Shown one piece after another: positions 19,056 to 27,829 of a stretch of DNA of 64,000 nt. Below the pieces are notes generated by a model, which saw nothing but the letters and a program-made list of their open reading frames with translations, was not told where the DNA came from and made no database searches. The DNA lies in IMG/VR virus record IMGVR_UViG_3300030102_007788, positions 32,001 through 96,000 of that record. The stretch is one strand, 5' to 3'. The DNA is from a virus. Numbering within the stretch: position 1 is the first letter of the stretch; each line of letters starts with the position of its first letter. The position numbers and the translations under genes were made by a program.

Positions 19056-19099
19056 GTCGTTAGTAGAAAAAAATACACCTACAATCGAGGTGTTTTTTT

Positions 19100-19128
19100 A
19101 TGTTATGCCTTACAGGGAGAGTGGTCAA
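19100..19128 (-). promoter_or_regulatory. CCTG-spacer sigma70-like promoter of nrdA
   Basis: TTGACC-ACTCTC-CCTG-TAAGGCA-TAACAT. Confidence 0.75.
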
Positions 19129-19129
19129 G

Positions 19130-19297
19130 TCATTTTTCGACGATTTCCAGTTTTTCTTTGACCTTTTTCTGCATGGCAGTTAAATATTTTTTTGCTTGCT
19201 GTAATCCTTCATCAGTGTGTGGGAATGCCCCATACGACCATTTTCTTTCTATAGATTCGATTAAATAATATTTTTTATTTTTTTTGTTTCTTGGCAT
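19130..19297 (-). CDS. Small basic hypothetical protein (55 aa)
   Basis: Hand-translated MPRNKKNKKYYLIESIERKWSYGAFPHTDEGLQQAKKYL...; fills the gap. Confidence 0.6.
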   Translation of the reverse strand: MPRNKKNKKYYLIESIERKWSYGAFPHTDEGLQQAKKYLTAMQKKVKEKLEIVEK

Positions 19298-19604
19298 ACT
19301 TTTTAACGAAGTTTACAATTCTTAATTCCAGTTCCATTAAATTTTTTTCAAGAATATCTAGCTGGTTATTCTCGAATTCAATCCTATTCATCAAGGAGCG
19401 CATCTCTTTTGAGTATTGCGCGTACTTTGATTCAGCCTCTTCTGTTGGGAGGTAAGAGGCCTCTGCCTCTAACTCGTCCATTTTGGCAAAAAGTTTGTTA
19501 GCCTCATCTTCCCAAAAACCGATACTATCACAGCAAAGATTAGCAGATTCTAAAAGATCTTTCTTTTTGTCTGAAAGAAGCTGTACTTGTTGTTCAAATT
19601 TCAT
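19275..19604 (-). CDS. Coiled-coil hypothetical protein
   Basis: Helical heptad pattern. Confidence 0.6.
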   Translation of the reverse strand: MKFEQQVQLLSDKKKDLLESANLCCDSIGFWEDEANKLFAKMDELEAEASYLPTEEAESKYAQYSKEMRSLMNRIEFENNQLDILEKNLMELELRIVNFVKKYAKKQKK

Positions 19605-19782
19605 TAAGTAGAGTCTTTCTGATTAATTTAAGTTTTGAGGTCATAAAACCTTCGCCGGTGTTTTGGGTGGGGTCTTCTTCTTTTTTTGTAAAATCTTCAG
19701 ACTGAGAGAACTCTATGAGTTGTTCTATTAGCTGTATCACTTGGTCGTGGGCAGCTTGAGTTATGATAACATCGTTAGTCAT
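19594..19782 (-). CDS. Hypothetical protein
   Basis: ORF directly downstream of a predicted promoter. Confidence 0.6.
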   Translation of the reverse strand: MTNDVIITQAAHDQVIQLIEQLIEFSQSEDFTKKEEDPTQNTGEGFMTSKLKLIRKTLLNEI

Positions 19783-19790
19783 TTAAAAAA

Positions 19791-19819
19791 ATTTTATTTT
19801 ATAGAAGACGGAAAGTCAA
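19791..19819 (-). promoter_or_regulatory. sigma70-like promoter without CCTG
   Basis: TTGACT-17 nt-TAAAAT. Confidence 0.6.
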
Positions 19820-19831
19820 ATACTATTACAC

Positions 19832-19856
19832 AAAAAAACCGGGCCGAAGCCCGGTT
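19832..19856 (-). terminator. Rho-independent terminator after hsp20
   Basis: AACCGGGC-TTCG-GCCCGGTT followed by a T run. Confidence 0.9.
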
Positions 19857-19862
19857 GTCCCG

Positions 19863-20231
19863 CTATGTTATTTGGATTTCCTTGGGTTTGTGCTTTTCTT
19901 TTCTTTTAAGGGTTATAGTGAGGATACCTTTGTCCAGTTTTGCCTCTACTGAAGACGTGTCTGCTTTCTCTGGTACTCTGTAGGTTTCTCCAAACTTAAC
20001 TTCCTTCCCCCGCCTTTTGGTTTTTCCTTGCAAGTTGAGGTGTCCGGTATTGTCAATTTTGATGCTGACATCTTTCTTATCAAAACCGGGCATTTCTACC
20101 TCGAACACATAATCTCCGTCCTCTTCAAAAAAATAATTGTTTTCTTCGTGGAAGGCTCTTTCGATGTCGGTGAATAACGGCGTTGCGAAATCGAGCAAGC
20201 CCCTGCTAAAAGATGTACTTGGCGTATACAT
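19863..20231 (-). CDS. Hsp20/alpha-crystallin small heat shock protein
   Basis: EVEMPGFDKKDVSI, VEAKLDKGILTITL. Confidence 0.92.
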   Translation of the reverse strand: MYTPSTSFSRGLLDFATPLFTDIERAFHEENNYFFEEDGDYVFEVEMPGFDKKDVSIKIDNTGHLNLQGKTKRRGKEVKFGETYRVPEKADTSSVEAKLDKGILTITLKRKEKHKPKEIQIT

Positions 20232-20243
20232 ACGATTTATTAT

Positions 20244-20260
20244 AGCAGCGGGTGTGCCAA
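20244..20260 (-). promoter_or_regulatory. sigma54-type -24/-12 promoter of hsp20
   Basis: TTGGCACACCCGCTGCT with exact GG-N10-GC spacing, about 12 nt upstream of the ATG. Confidence 0.65.
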
Positions 20261-20336
20261 CTTGGCATGGCGCTGTTTTTCCTAGGAAAAATGAAGGTTT
20301 TAATTTTTAGGTGTGGAACAACTGAGACATTTTGAA

Positions 20337-20558
20337 TCAAGGTGTCTCATAAGATAGGGACCTTATGTCATACATGGAAACAACTTCGGTTTCAAGAGGG
20401 TTTTCGAATTTAGAAATTTCAAAGTATTCTTCGTCAATGACTCTCTCTACTTTTCCTTTCCATTTTGATCCGTCTTTGGCGCGGACAACAAGAACTTGAT
20501 CCCCCACCATTTTTGAGTTGTAAGACATTAAGTCTTTTTTTGAATTGTTAGTGTCCAT
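20337..20558 (-). CDS. Small SH3/Sm-like hypothetical protein
   Basis: VLVVRAKDGSKWKGKVERV beta pattern. Confidence 0.5.
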   Translation of the reverse strand: MDTNNSKKDLMSYNSKMVGDQVLVVRAKDGSKWKGKVERVIDEEYFEISKFENPLETEVVSMYDIRSLSYETP

Positions 20559-20559
20559 T

Positions 20560-21033
20560 TTATCTACCGGAACTGCCAAATCCGCCTTCGCCTCTTTGGC
20601 TATTTTCTAATGTTTTCATTTCAATCCATTCTGGCGTGTGGCAACTTTCAATTATGAGTTGAGCCACTCTATCGCCGGGTTTTACGTCAAACTTGTTAGC
20701 TGAACCGAACATAGACTCGTAAACACTCGGCTTTAAATTATAGCCTTCAAAGTTTAGGTTTATCAATAAAATTTTTATTTCACCCCGATAACCTGAATCC
20801 ACGACCCCAGCCATGACATCTATTCCTCTTTTTACAGCCAGTCCACTTCTAGGGGCAATCCGTCCATAAAAACCTTCAGGAATTTCTACGCTAATTCCTG
20901 TCGAAATTAATGTTCTTTGGCCCGGCTCCAAAGTGGCGTACTCTGTTGAAAAAAGGTCAAACCCGGCATCAGAAGTGTTAGCTCGGTAGGGAGCTAAGGC
21001 TTCTTTGTTTATTTTTTTATAATTTATTTTCAT
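20560..21033 (-). CDS. dut: Trimeric dUTPase
   Basis: AGFDL, PRSGL, GVVDSGYRGE, RVAQL, RGEGGFGSSG. Confidence 0.97.
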   Translation of the reverse strand: MKINYKKINKEALAPYRANTSDAGFDLFSTEYATLEPGQRTLISTGISVEIPEGFYGRIAPRSGLAVKRGIDVMAGVVDSGYRGEIKILLINLNFEGYNLKPSVYESMFGSANKFDVKPGDRVAQLIIESCHTPEWIEMKTLENSQRGEGGFGSSGR

Positions 21034-21434
21034 AGTTTAACGCAGTCAATTCCGTAAAAATCAAAAATGTTTAACGCCGCGACATCTCTATCATAAACTT
21101 CTTCATAGACGACTTTTTTAACACCGTATGCTGCTATCATAGTAGCACATGAGGAGCATGGAAGTAGCGTGCATGCAAGGAGATTTACTTCCCCTCTTTT
21201 GACTAAACTCAAGCAGTTAACCTCAGCATGAATCATATAGGGTCTGCGGTGGTTTCGGTTCCGAAAAAATTGATACGAGACATCTTTTCCCGGAGCTAAA
21301 CCGTTGTAGCCAACTGCAACTATCATATTTTTGCTGTTAAGAGCACAGGCTCCGACTTTTTTGTAGATGTCCTCACTCCTTTGCGCAGCGGTCCTAGCAA
21401 TATCTAACGCGTATTTTTCCCAAGAAACTCTCAT
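21030..21434 (-). CDS. dCMP deaminase
   Basis: VGYNG, HAEVN, PCSSC. Confidence 0.92.
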   Translation of the reverse strand: MRVSWEKYALDIARTAAQRSEDIYKKVGACALNSKNMIVAVGYNGLAPGKDVSYQFFRNRNHRRPYMIHAEVNCLSLVKRGEVNLLACTLLPCSSCATMIAAYGVKKVVYEEVYDRDVAALNIFDFYGIDCVKL

Positions 21435-21453
21435 AATCTTCCTTAAAAATCAC

Positions 21454-21482
21454 AACCTAAATCAAACAGGTTGCCAAATCAA
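21454..21482 (-). promoter_or_regulatory. CCTG-spacer promoter (leftward)
   Basis: TTGATT-TGGCAA-CCTG-TTTGATT-TAGGTT. Confidence 0.65.
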
Positions 21483-21495
21483 GAAAAAAAAGTTG

Positions 21496-21525
21496 TTGAC
21501 TTCCCTGCCTGAGTCAATTACAGCT
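21496..21525 (+). promoter_or_regulatory. CCTG-spacer promoter (rightward, before the structured element)
   Basis: TTGACT-TCCCTG-CCTG-AGTCAAT-TACAGC; weak -10. Confidence 0.55.
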
Positions 21526-21815
21526 TGCTCACGTAGCACTTCCGTCTTGCTACGGTAAAAGGTAGGCGGATCCGCAATCTATGTGTCCGGCTCTGCTGTG
21601 GAGACTTGCAACCGGAGGAACTAACTGGCGTGAAAAGGGCGCTTCGTTAGGCGAGTAGTATAGGCGATGTCATATGGGTGGAAACTACCACGCACCCAAA
21701 AAAGGCTAGCCGGGGAGAATTCTCAGGGAAAAGTAAAAAGATTGCCGATGTTCTGGAATAGCCGCCAAAACGGGGAAAGTCTCCGTTTCACTTCGACTTT
21801 CTAGGGAAAAGTTTT
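21525..21815 (+). ncRNA. Candidate structured non-coding RNA, family not recognised
   Basis: GC-rich non-coding island with at least six stems, following a predicted promoter. Confidence 0.55.
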
Positions 21816-21857
21816 ATATATATTTATTTATTTAACTATAGTTAACTTTAATTAAAC

Positions 21858-22454
21858 ATGGATTTTAATTACAAAAATATAGGTATATCCGGGGTCGCAG
21901 GATCCGGCAAAAATACTCTAGCTGAAATACTGGGGCTGTTTTTTTCTAGATTACAGTTGCCGATTAAAGAGCTTTCAATTGCAAGGAACTTAAAGCAGGA
22001 GATAAGCCCCGTCTGTAAGAGTCTTTATTCTATTGATTCTCTTAATTGCTCCAGAGAGGAGAAAAATTTAATCAGACCTATGCTGGTTGCTCACGGAGAA
22101 ATAAAAAGAAAAATGACAGAGGGTACTCATTGGACCTCATTACTGGAGAAAGATTTAGAAAAAGATAAAATAAATATTATTACCGACATAAGATACGCTG
22201 AATATCCCGAGGATGAATATTTTTGGCTTACAAAAAAAGCAAACGGCGTATTGATTCACGTTTCAAGGTACGACGAAATCGATGGAGAAAGACATTTCAT
22301 AAAACCTGCAAATCCGTCTGAGGAGAAAAACGACCATCGAGTAAAAAAATTATCAGATTTTTCCTTAAATTGGAAAACTGAAAAGAATTATGGAGATATG
22401 ATCTTTAACTGCCGAAAATTACTCAAGTGGCTTAAAAAAATATATGTCGAATGA
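21858..22454 (+). CDS. Deoxynucleoside monophosphate kinase
   Basis: GISGVAGSGKNT P-loop; IITDIRYAE. Confidence 0.85.
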   Translation: MDFNYKNIGISGVAGSGKNTLAEILGLFFSRLQLPIKELSIARNLKQEISPVCKSLYSIDSLNCSREEKNLIRPMLVAHGEIKRKMTEGTHWTSLLEKDLEKDKINIITDIRYAEYPEDEYFWLTKKANGVLIHVSRYDEIDGERHFIKPANPSEEKNDHRVKKLSDFSLNWKTEKNYGDMIFNCRKLLKWLKKIYVE

Positions 22455-22884
22455 TACCGTAGAGGATAGTTTATGCCAACCTATCGTAGCTTATTGCGGT
22501 AGAAATGCTAGTATAAATTTTTCCCCTGAAAATGCCAATAAAGCTTTAGGTTTTTCTTTCGACAATCACTACGCTTTATTCAATTATGAGATTCGAATAG
22601 TAAGATTCAACGGTAAAGATGTAAAAGCAACAGAAAATAATGAGAATTATTATCTAGTAGAAATTTTCATATGCTCAGATGACTTGAATGATGATTCTTT
22701 TTGCGATTCTTATATTTTCAGAGAAGAAAATTTAGAAGATTTAATTGAGTATGTTATAATATTGCCACGTCTCTTTAAAAGACACCATCGTTATGTTCTT
22801 GCCATGGAGAGAGATGACGTGTGTTTTTTTAAAGATTTCGGGTATAAGGTTGACTTATGGAAACAGGCTGCTGGGATAATATAA
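22444..22884 (+). CDS. Hypothetical protein
   Basis: ORF in operon. Confidence 0.55.
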   Translation: MSNDTVEDSLCQPIVAYCGRNASINFSPENANKALGFSFDNHYALFNYEIRIVRFNGKDVKATENNENYYLVEIFICSDDLNDDSFCDSYIFREENLEDLIEYVIILPRLFKRHHRYVLAMERDDVCFFKDFGYKVDLWKQAAGII

Positions 22885-23456
22885 CGGATAATTGTCTAGT
22901 AAATAATGTAAAAAATAGCAATTGTGAGGAAAGCTTACTAGAACTGTCAAACAGGCATACTGGACTTTGCTTCAAAATAATGAAAAAATACGCAAAGACT
23001 TTTTGCGCCAATGATATCTGCATCCAAGAAAAACACGCTGAAAAAAATTTAATTATTTGGAATTCAGCAAAGACTTTTAACACTGAAAAAAATGTAAAAT
23101 TTTCTACTTGGCTAGCCAATCAAGTTAAATACAGCTGCCTTAATGAAATTAACAAAAAGTCTAAAGACAGACTAGTAACGCTTGAAGATGAGATGCTGGA
23201 CGTGTTAAAAGATCCACCAGAAGAAGAGGATTCTGGTATCTTTGAGTATACTAATAATATTTTAAAGCAACTTCGAGATAACAGGATTCAAAACATCTTC
23301 TCAATGAGGTATTCGAAAGAGGTTAAAAAGCCTTCATGGTCTCTAATTGCAAAAAGACTTGATATCAGCACTCAAACAGCTATAAACCTACATAATAGAG
23401 GCTTGGAAATTTTAAGAAAAAAAATCAAAAGTAATAAATTTTTAGACAATGTTTAA
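22857..23456 (+). CDS. Phage-encoded sigma70-family factor
   Basis: Region 2-like AKTFN...VKFSTWLANQVK; region 4 HTH SWSLIAKRLDISTQTAINLHNRGLEILR. Confidence 0.8.
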   Translation: METGCWDNITDNCLVNNVKNSNCEESLLELSNRHTGLCFKIMKKYAKTFCANDICIQEKHAEKNLIIWNSAKTFNTEKNVKFSTWLANQVKYSCLNEINKKSKDRLVTLEDEMLDVLKDPPEEEDSGIFEYTNNILKQLRDNRIQNIFSMRYSKEVKKPSWSLIAKRLDISTQTAINLHNRGLEILRKKIKSNKFLDNV

Positions 23457-23464
23457 AAAAAGTG

Positions 23465-23493
23465 TTGACACCCCTGCCAGAGGGGTATAATAT
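23465..23493 (+). promoter_or_regulatory. CCTG-class promoter (CCAG variant)
   Basis: TTGACA-CCCCTG-CCAG-AGGGGTA-TAATAT. Confidence 0.75.
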
Positions 23494-23503
23494 ACAGACT
23501 CTT

Positions 23504-23803
23504 ATGTCTACCGAACAAAAGAACAACGACTGGAAAGAGCGTGAATTAGGCGCTCTTTGGGCAAAGAAAAGCAACAACGGTTCTCAGTACATGACTGGCC
23601 ATATTGAAGTTAAAGGGGCATCTGGAAAGGTGCAGCTCGTAGTCTTCAAAAATAAAGGCAAGTACAATGACGACGGAACTGTTAAAAGCGAGAACGCTCC
23701 CGATCTTCGCATCTATCTTAGTGAACCACGCGAGGAGCGCTCTAATAAAGCCGAGACCACGGCTGCGACTACAAACCAATCCAATAACGACCCATTGTTT
23801 TAA
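23504..23803 (+). CDS. DUF736-like putative ssDNA-binding protein
   Basis: ELGALWAKKS.NG..YMTG...PDLRIY; acidic tail ending DPLF. Confidence 0.6.
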   Translation: MSTEQKNNDWKERELGALWAKKSNNGSQYMTGHIEVKGASGKVQLVVFKNKGKYNDDGTVKSENAPDLRIYLSEPREERSNKAETTAATTNQSNNDPLF

Positions 23804-24909
23804 TGTCGGACATAGCCTTACATCTTCCAATTAACGGTGTAAGCTTTGGTCAGGTTAGCACTGCCCTTCTGCGTGAATATTACCAGAAGGGCGTGCAACC
23901 TTTTATTTTTACAATAGGCCAAGTTGACCTCAACTCACAAGAAGCGGACAAGGATTTCACCAAGTGGATAGAGTCCTGCATTAAAAAGTCCTTCGAAGAG
24001 TACAAAAGGTCTACGCCTATCTTAAAGCTGTGGCATTTAAACCATGAAAGTTTATCGTCTTACAGCAAAAGTCAGACTCTTTTTACTTTTTATGAATTAG
24101 ATCACCCTACGACATATGAAGTAAATATTGCTAAAAATCAGTCCAATATAATCGTAAGTAGCACTCACGCTAAACAAATTTTTGAGGCAGTCGGTTTAAC
24201 TAACTGCCACTACGTTCCTTTGGGTTTTGATAAAAACAATTTCAAAGTAAAAGATCAGCAATACCTTGAGGGTAAAATTGTCTTTAATCTTACTGGTAAG
24301 TTAGAAAAAAGAAAGCACCACAAAGAGGTAATTCAAGCTTGGGTTAAAAAGTACGGCAATAATAAAGACTACGTTTTGCAGTGCGCTATTACAAACCCCT
24401 TCATGAAAGAAGAGGATTTCAAGAGTAGGCTTTCCCATATACTTGACGGCAAAAGTTATTTTAATCTTAACTTTTTAGGGAGTATGCAGAAAAATGTTCT
24501 GTACAATGATTTTCTAAACTCCTCTAACATTGTTATAGGCATGTCGGGGGGAGAGGGCTGGGGCTTACCAGAGTTTCAATCTACTGCCCTTGGAAAACAT
24601 GCGGTTATACTTGATGCGCCGGGTTACCAAGAGTGGGCGAATGAAAAAAATGCTGTCATGATAAAGCCTGATGGAAAAGAAGAAGCTGCCGACGGTATAT
24701 TTTTTAATAAAGGTGGAGCTTTTAATCAGGGGAGTATATTTACCTTTAATGAAGATGAATTCATCGCTGGCTGCGAGCAGGCTGTAGAAAGATACAAGTC
24801 TTCTCCCGTAAACACCGAGGGGTTAAAACTGCAAGATGAGTTCACTTACGAAAAGACAGTCAAAAGTATCACGGACATCATGCAATCACAAGGAGAAATA
24901 AATGCCTGA
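23803..24909 (+). CDS. GT-B (GT4-like) glycosyltransferase
   Basis: GKLEKRK; GEGWGLPEFQ. Confidence 0.85.
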   Translation: MSDIALHLPINGVSFGQVSTALLREYYQKGVQPFIFTIGQVDLNSQEADKDFTKWIESCIKKSFEEYKRSTPILKLWHLNHESLSSYSKSQTLFTFYELDHPTTYEVNIAKNQSNIIVSSTHAKQIFEAVGLTNCHYVPLGFDKNNFKVKDQQYLEGKIVFNLTGKLEKRKHHKEVIQAWVKKYGNNKDYVLQCAITNPFMKEEDFKSRLSHILDGKSYFNLNFLGSMQKNVLYNDFLNSSNIVIGMSGGEGWGLPEFQSTALGKHAVILDAPGYQEWANEKNAVMIKPDGKEEAADGIFFNKGGAFNQGSIFTFNEDEFIAGCEQAVERYKSSPVNTEGLKLQDEFTYEKTVKSITDIMQSQGEINA

Positions 24910-25267
24910 GTATATTTACGAACACCCTGAAACCGGCGAAAAAATAACTGTTTGGCAGACTATTCACGAGGCTCATGAATATGAAGTCGATGGAGTTGCT
25001 TATAACAGGGTTTATACGGTACCTAACGCTTCAATAGATACAAAGATTGACCCTTTTTCTCAAAAAGAATTTAGGGAGAAAGCTAAAGCTTCAACTATTG
25101 GAGACCTGTGGGATCAGTCAGCGGAAGCTTCCGAGAAAAGAACTGAGAAGCTTGGGCACGATCCTGTTAAGCAAAAACATTTTGAGGACTATTCCAAGAA
25201 AAATAAAGGCGCCAAACATCCACTAGACAGAGGTAAAGTGGATAATTCCAACTTTACTCTTGAATGA
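24902..25267 (+). CDS. FmdB-like small protein lacking zinc cysteines
   Basis: MPEYIYEHPETGE N-terminus. Confidence 0.5.
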   Translation: MPEYIYEHPETGEKITVWQTIHEAHEYEVDGVAYNRVYTVPNASIDTKIDPFSQKEFREKAKASTIGDLWDQSAEASEKRTEKLGHDPVKQKHFEDYSKKNKGAKHPLDRGKVDNSNFTLE

Positions 25268-26145
25268 TAAAATATACCGTAATAGACGACTCCGCTATAC
25301 AGCTAGGAGGCACGTCACTTACTTTAGAGGCCATAACAGAGCCTTTTAAAGATGAGTGTGAGTTTATTACGACTTCAGAGTTAACAAAAACTCATTTACA
25401 ATTCAAGCACCCTAAAGTTTGGATTATAGGTAACACCTTAGGACTCTCTAGAGAATCTTATGAGTCATTATTAGAGGTTATAAAAAATAGAACTTCTATT
25501 AAAATAGATTTTGATTATGGATTTTGCAGGTTCAGAGGGCCAACCCCGCACCGCGTTTTAGGTAAAAAAGAGTGCGATTGTCTGGTAAACTCAGAAACAG
25601 CAACACTAAAAAATTTATACTACCAAATAAAAGAAAACAGCTCCGCTGTCTTCTACATGTCAGAGGCGCAACGTCAGATTCATCAACAGGCAATTGGCAT
25701 AAAAGATGAGCAGTCTATAGTTTTATCATCCTGTTTTACTAGCGATTCTTTCAAAAAAATGAAAGAGTACAGAAGTAAGCTTAAATCAGAAAAGTATGCA
25801 GTGATTGATGGCCATCAAGGCTGGCACTCTGAAGCTAAAGGTGTTACAAAGTCAATTAATTATGCCGTGACTAAAAATTTAGCTTACGATGTGTTTAAAA
25901 CAGACACGCATGACGAAATGCTTGATAAACTAAGTGAGTATAAAGGATTAATATTTTTACCCACTATCGAAGATACCTGCCCTAGGATAACCATCGAAGC
26001 GAAACTTATGGGCTTGGAAGTTATAACAAATGAAAACTCCCAGCACACCTCTGAAAGCTGGTGGAACTTCAGTTTAGAGAAGATGGAAGAATACTTAAAA
26101 GAAAGGCCAGAATTATTACATCAAAAACTCATAAGTTTGAGTTAA
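25264..26145 (+). CDS. GT-B glycosyltransferase-like protein
   Basis: QLGGTSLT; FLPTIEDTCPRITIEAKLMG. Confidence 0.7.
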   Translation: MIKYTVIDDSAIQLGGTSLTLEAITEPFKDECEFITTSELTKTHLQFKHPKVWIIGNTLGLSRESYESLLEVIKNRTSIKIDFDYGFCRFRGPTPHRVLGKKECDCLVNSETATLKNLYYQIKENSSAVFYMSEAQRQIHQQAIGIKDEQSIVLSSCFTSDSFKKMKEYRSKLKSEKYAVIDGHQGWHSEAKGVTKSINYAVTKNLAYDVFKTDTHDEMLDKLSEYKGLIFLPTIEDTCPRITIEAKLMGLEVITNENSQHTSESWWNFSLEKMEEYLKERPELLHQKLISLS

Positions 26146-26882
26146 TTGCTAGGATTCATGGTGACTGTTTGCATAACATTAAAAGGTTAGTATCTAGTGT
26201 TTTAGTCCAAAGTCATTATAATTTTAGGCTTCATTTAGCTATCGACAAAACCTCTAACGAGGTTATTTCTTTATGCAGGCAGATAGAATCTGACCCTCAG
26301 TGCGTTATGCCTTTTCCCGTCGATTACCCATCCGGTACAATAAAAGTCTGGGAAAACAATGGTGACCGACTTTACGCTGTAGCCAACACGGCTCGCGTTT
26401 TAGATTCTCTTAACGATATAGATTCAATTATAGGAGTCATAGATGCTGACGACCAACTCTGTGAAAGGAGCGCTTTACAGTGGGTCAACAGACTTTACAA
26501 TAACGCAAATTTAGGCGCTGTTTGGACATCAAACATCTGGGAGCCGTATGGTATTAATTTATGTTCAAACAATTTAGATGACTCTCAAGATGTATATAAA
26601 CATCCTTGGGTAAGTAGTCACTTCAGAACCTTCAAGCTCGGATATTATAAAAGAGTTAATCCAGATAATTTTAAAGATGAAAATGGCGACTGGATGAAAA
26701 GGTGCGAAGACCAAACTTTTATGCTTCCCATTATCCACGTAATTCATAAAAATAACGAGCACACACATTTTTTAGAAAATCCATGTTATCTGTATAGAGG
26801 ATATCAAGAGATAGGTGGTGAAGCGCATCAATACCAAATGCAATTAGAAAAATTTATAAGAAATAGAGGTTTTGTAGAATGA
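26061..26882 (+). CDS. GT2-family glycosyltransferase (start uncertain)
   Basis: SVLVQSHYNF, IDADD, SHFRTFK, ED. Confidence 0.75.
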   Translation: MELQFREDGRILKRKARIITSKTHKFELIARIHGDCLHNIKRLVSSVLVQSHYNFRLHLAIDKTSNEVISLCRQIESDPQCVMPFPVDYPSGTIKVWENNGDRLYAVANTARVLDSLNDIDSIIGVIDADDQLCERSALQWVNRLYNNANLGAVWTSNIWEPYGINLCSNNLDDSQDVYKHPWVSSHFRTFKLGYYKRVNPDNFKDENGDWMKRCEDQTFMLPIIHVIHKNNEHTHFLENPCYLYRGYQEIGGEAHQYQMQLEKFIRNRGFVE

Positions 26883-27829
26883 GTTTTAGTTTTTATATAA
26901 ATAACTGTAGTCCGACAGGCGGTCCCGGTATTTTTGGAGGCCGTCTTAAAAAGCAGTTTGAAAAAAATGGTCATAAATTTGTAGACCCATATGTGTCCGG
27001 GGAAGTTCCTGAAAAAAATATCTCTATTATACAAGGGGAGAGAATACCGGGATGTCCTTTTAACATGCTTAGGCTAGATGGTCTTTATTTTGATTCGGAT
27101 AATCCCAATAATGATCAAATGAATTCGGGTATTTTTAAGAGCTTTGACGAAGCAGACTATATAGTTTACCAGTCCGAGTTCTCAAAAGAAATGTATCACG
27201 CTTTTTACAAGGATAAACCTTTTACTATTATTGCTAATGGTATAGACCAGCAAGATTTTATTTCAAACGCGAAGCCTATAAAGTATGAAAATCCAGTTTT
27301 TTCCAAATACGAAAAAATATGCGTTGCTTCAGCTTCTTGGCGCAGGCATAAAAGGTTAGAAGAAACTATAGAGGCATTTAAAGACCCTAAACTTAAAAAC
27401 GTATTACTGATTGCGTTAGGAGGTTTTGAATATATAAAAGACAAATCTTCAATACCTGAGAATGTTATACTAACACCTTTACTGAAACCTAACGATACTG
27501 CCTCTATTTATACAATGGCTGATGCTATGATTCATTTAGCTTGGTTAGATTGGTGTCCAAATACTGTTGTAGAGGCCTTGTCTTGCGGAGCTCCAGTTCT
27601 ATGCTCTCATAACGGTGGTACTAAGGAGCTAGTTAAAGATGACGGAGTAGTTATTCAGCTAGAAGAAGACTATGATATAGGCACTAAAGTTCCTCTTTAC
27701 AACCCACCAAAAGTAGATACAAAAATAATTGTTGATGGTGTTTTAGAGGTTATAGAAAAATCAACGCTTTTTGATAGGCCTGATCTAGATATTAGTTACG
27801 TAGCTAATCAATACGAGGAACACTTATGA
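26879..27829 (+). CDS. GT4 glycosyltransferase
   Basis: GGPGIFG; IANG; DWCPNTVVEALSCGAPV. Confidence 0.88.
   Translation: MSFSFYINNCSPTGGPGIFGGRLKKQFEKNGHKFVDPYVSGEVPEKNISIIQGERIPGCPFNMLRLDGLYFDSDNPNNDQMNSGIFKSFDEADYIVYQSEFSKEMYHAFYKDKPFTIIANGIDQQDFISNAKPIKYENPVFSKYEKICVASASWRRHKRLEETIEAFKDPKLKNVLLIALGGFEYIKDKSSIPENVILTPLLKPNDTASIYTMADAMIHLAWLDWCPNTVVEALSCGAPVLCSHNGGTKELVKDDGVVIQLEEDYDIGTKVPLYNPPKVDTKIIVDGVLEVIEKSTLFDRPDLDISYVANQYEEHL

Noticed and set aside
19073-19093. NrdR box upstream of nrdA
   Set aside because: Single palindrome whose length and core do not fit the tandem 16-bp NrdR consensus
21525-21815. RNase P RNA or tmRNA
   Set aside because: GGGGAAAGTC resembles the RNase P P4 motif but lies at the 3' end with no partner strand; no tRNA-like ends or tag ORF
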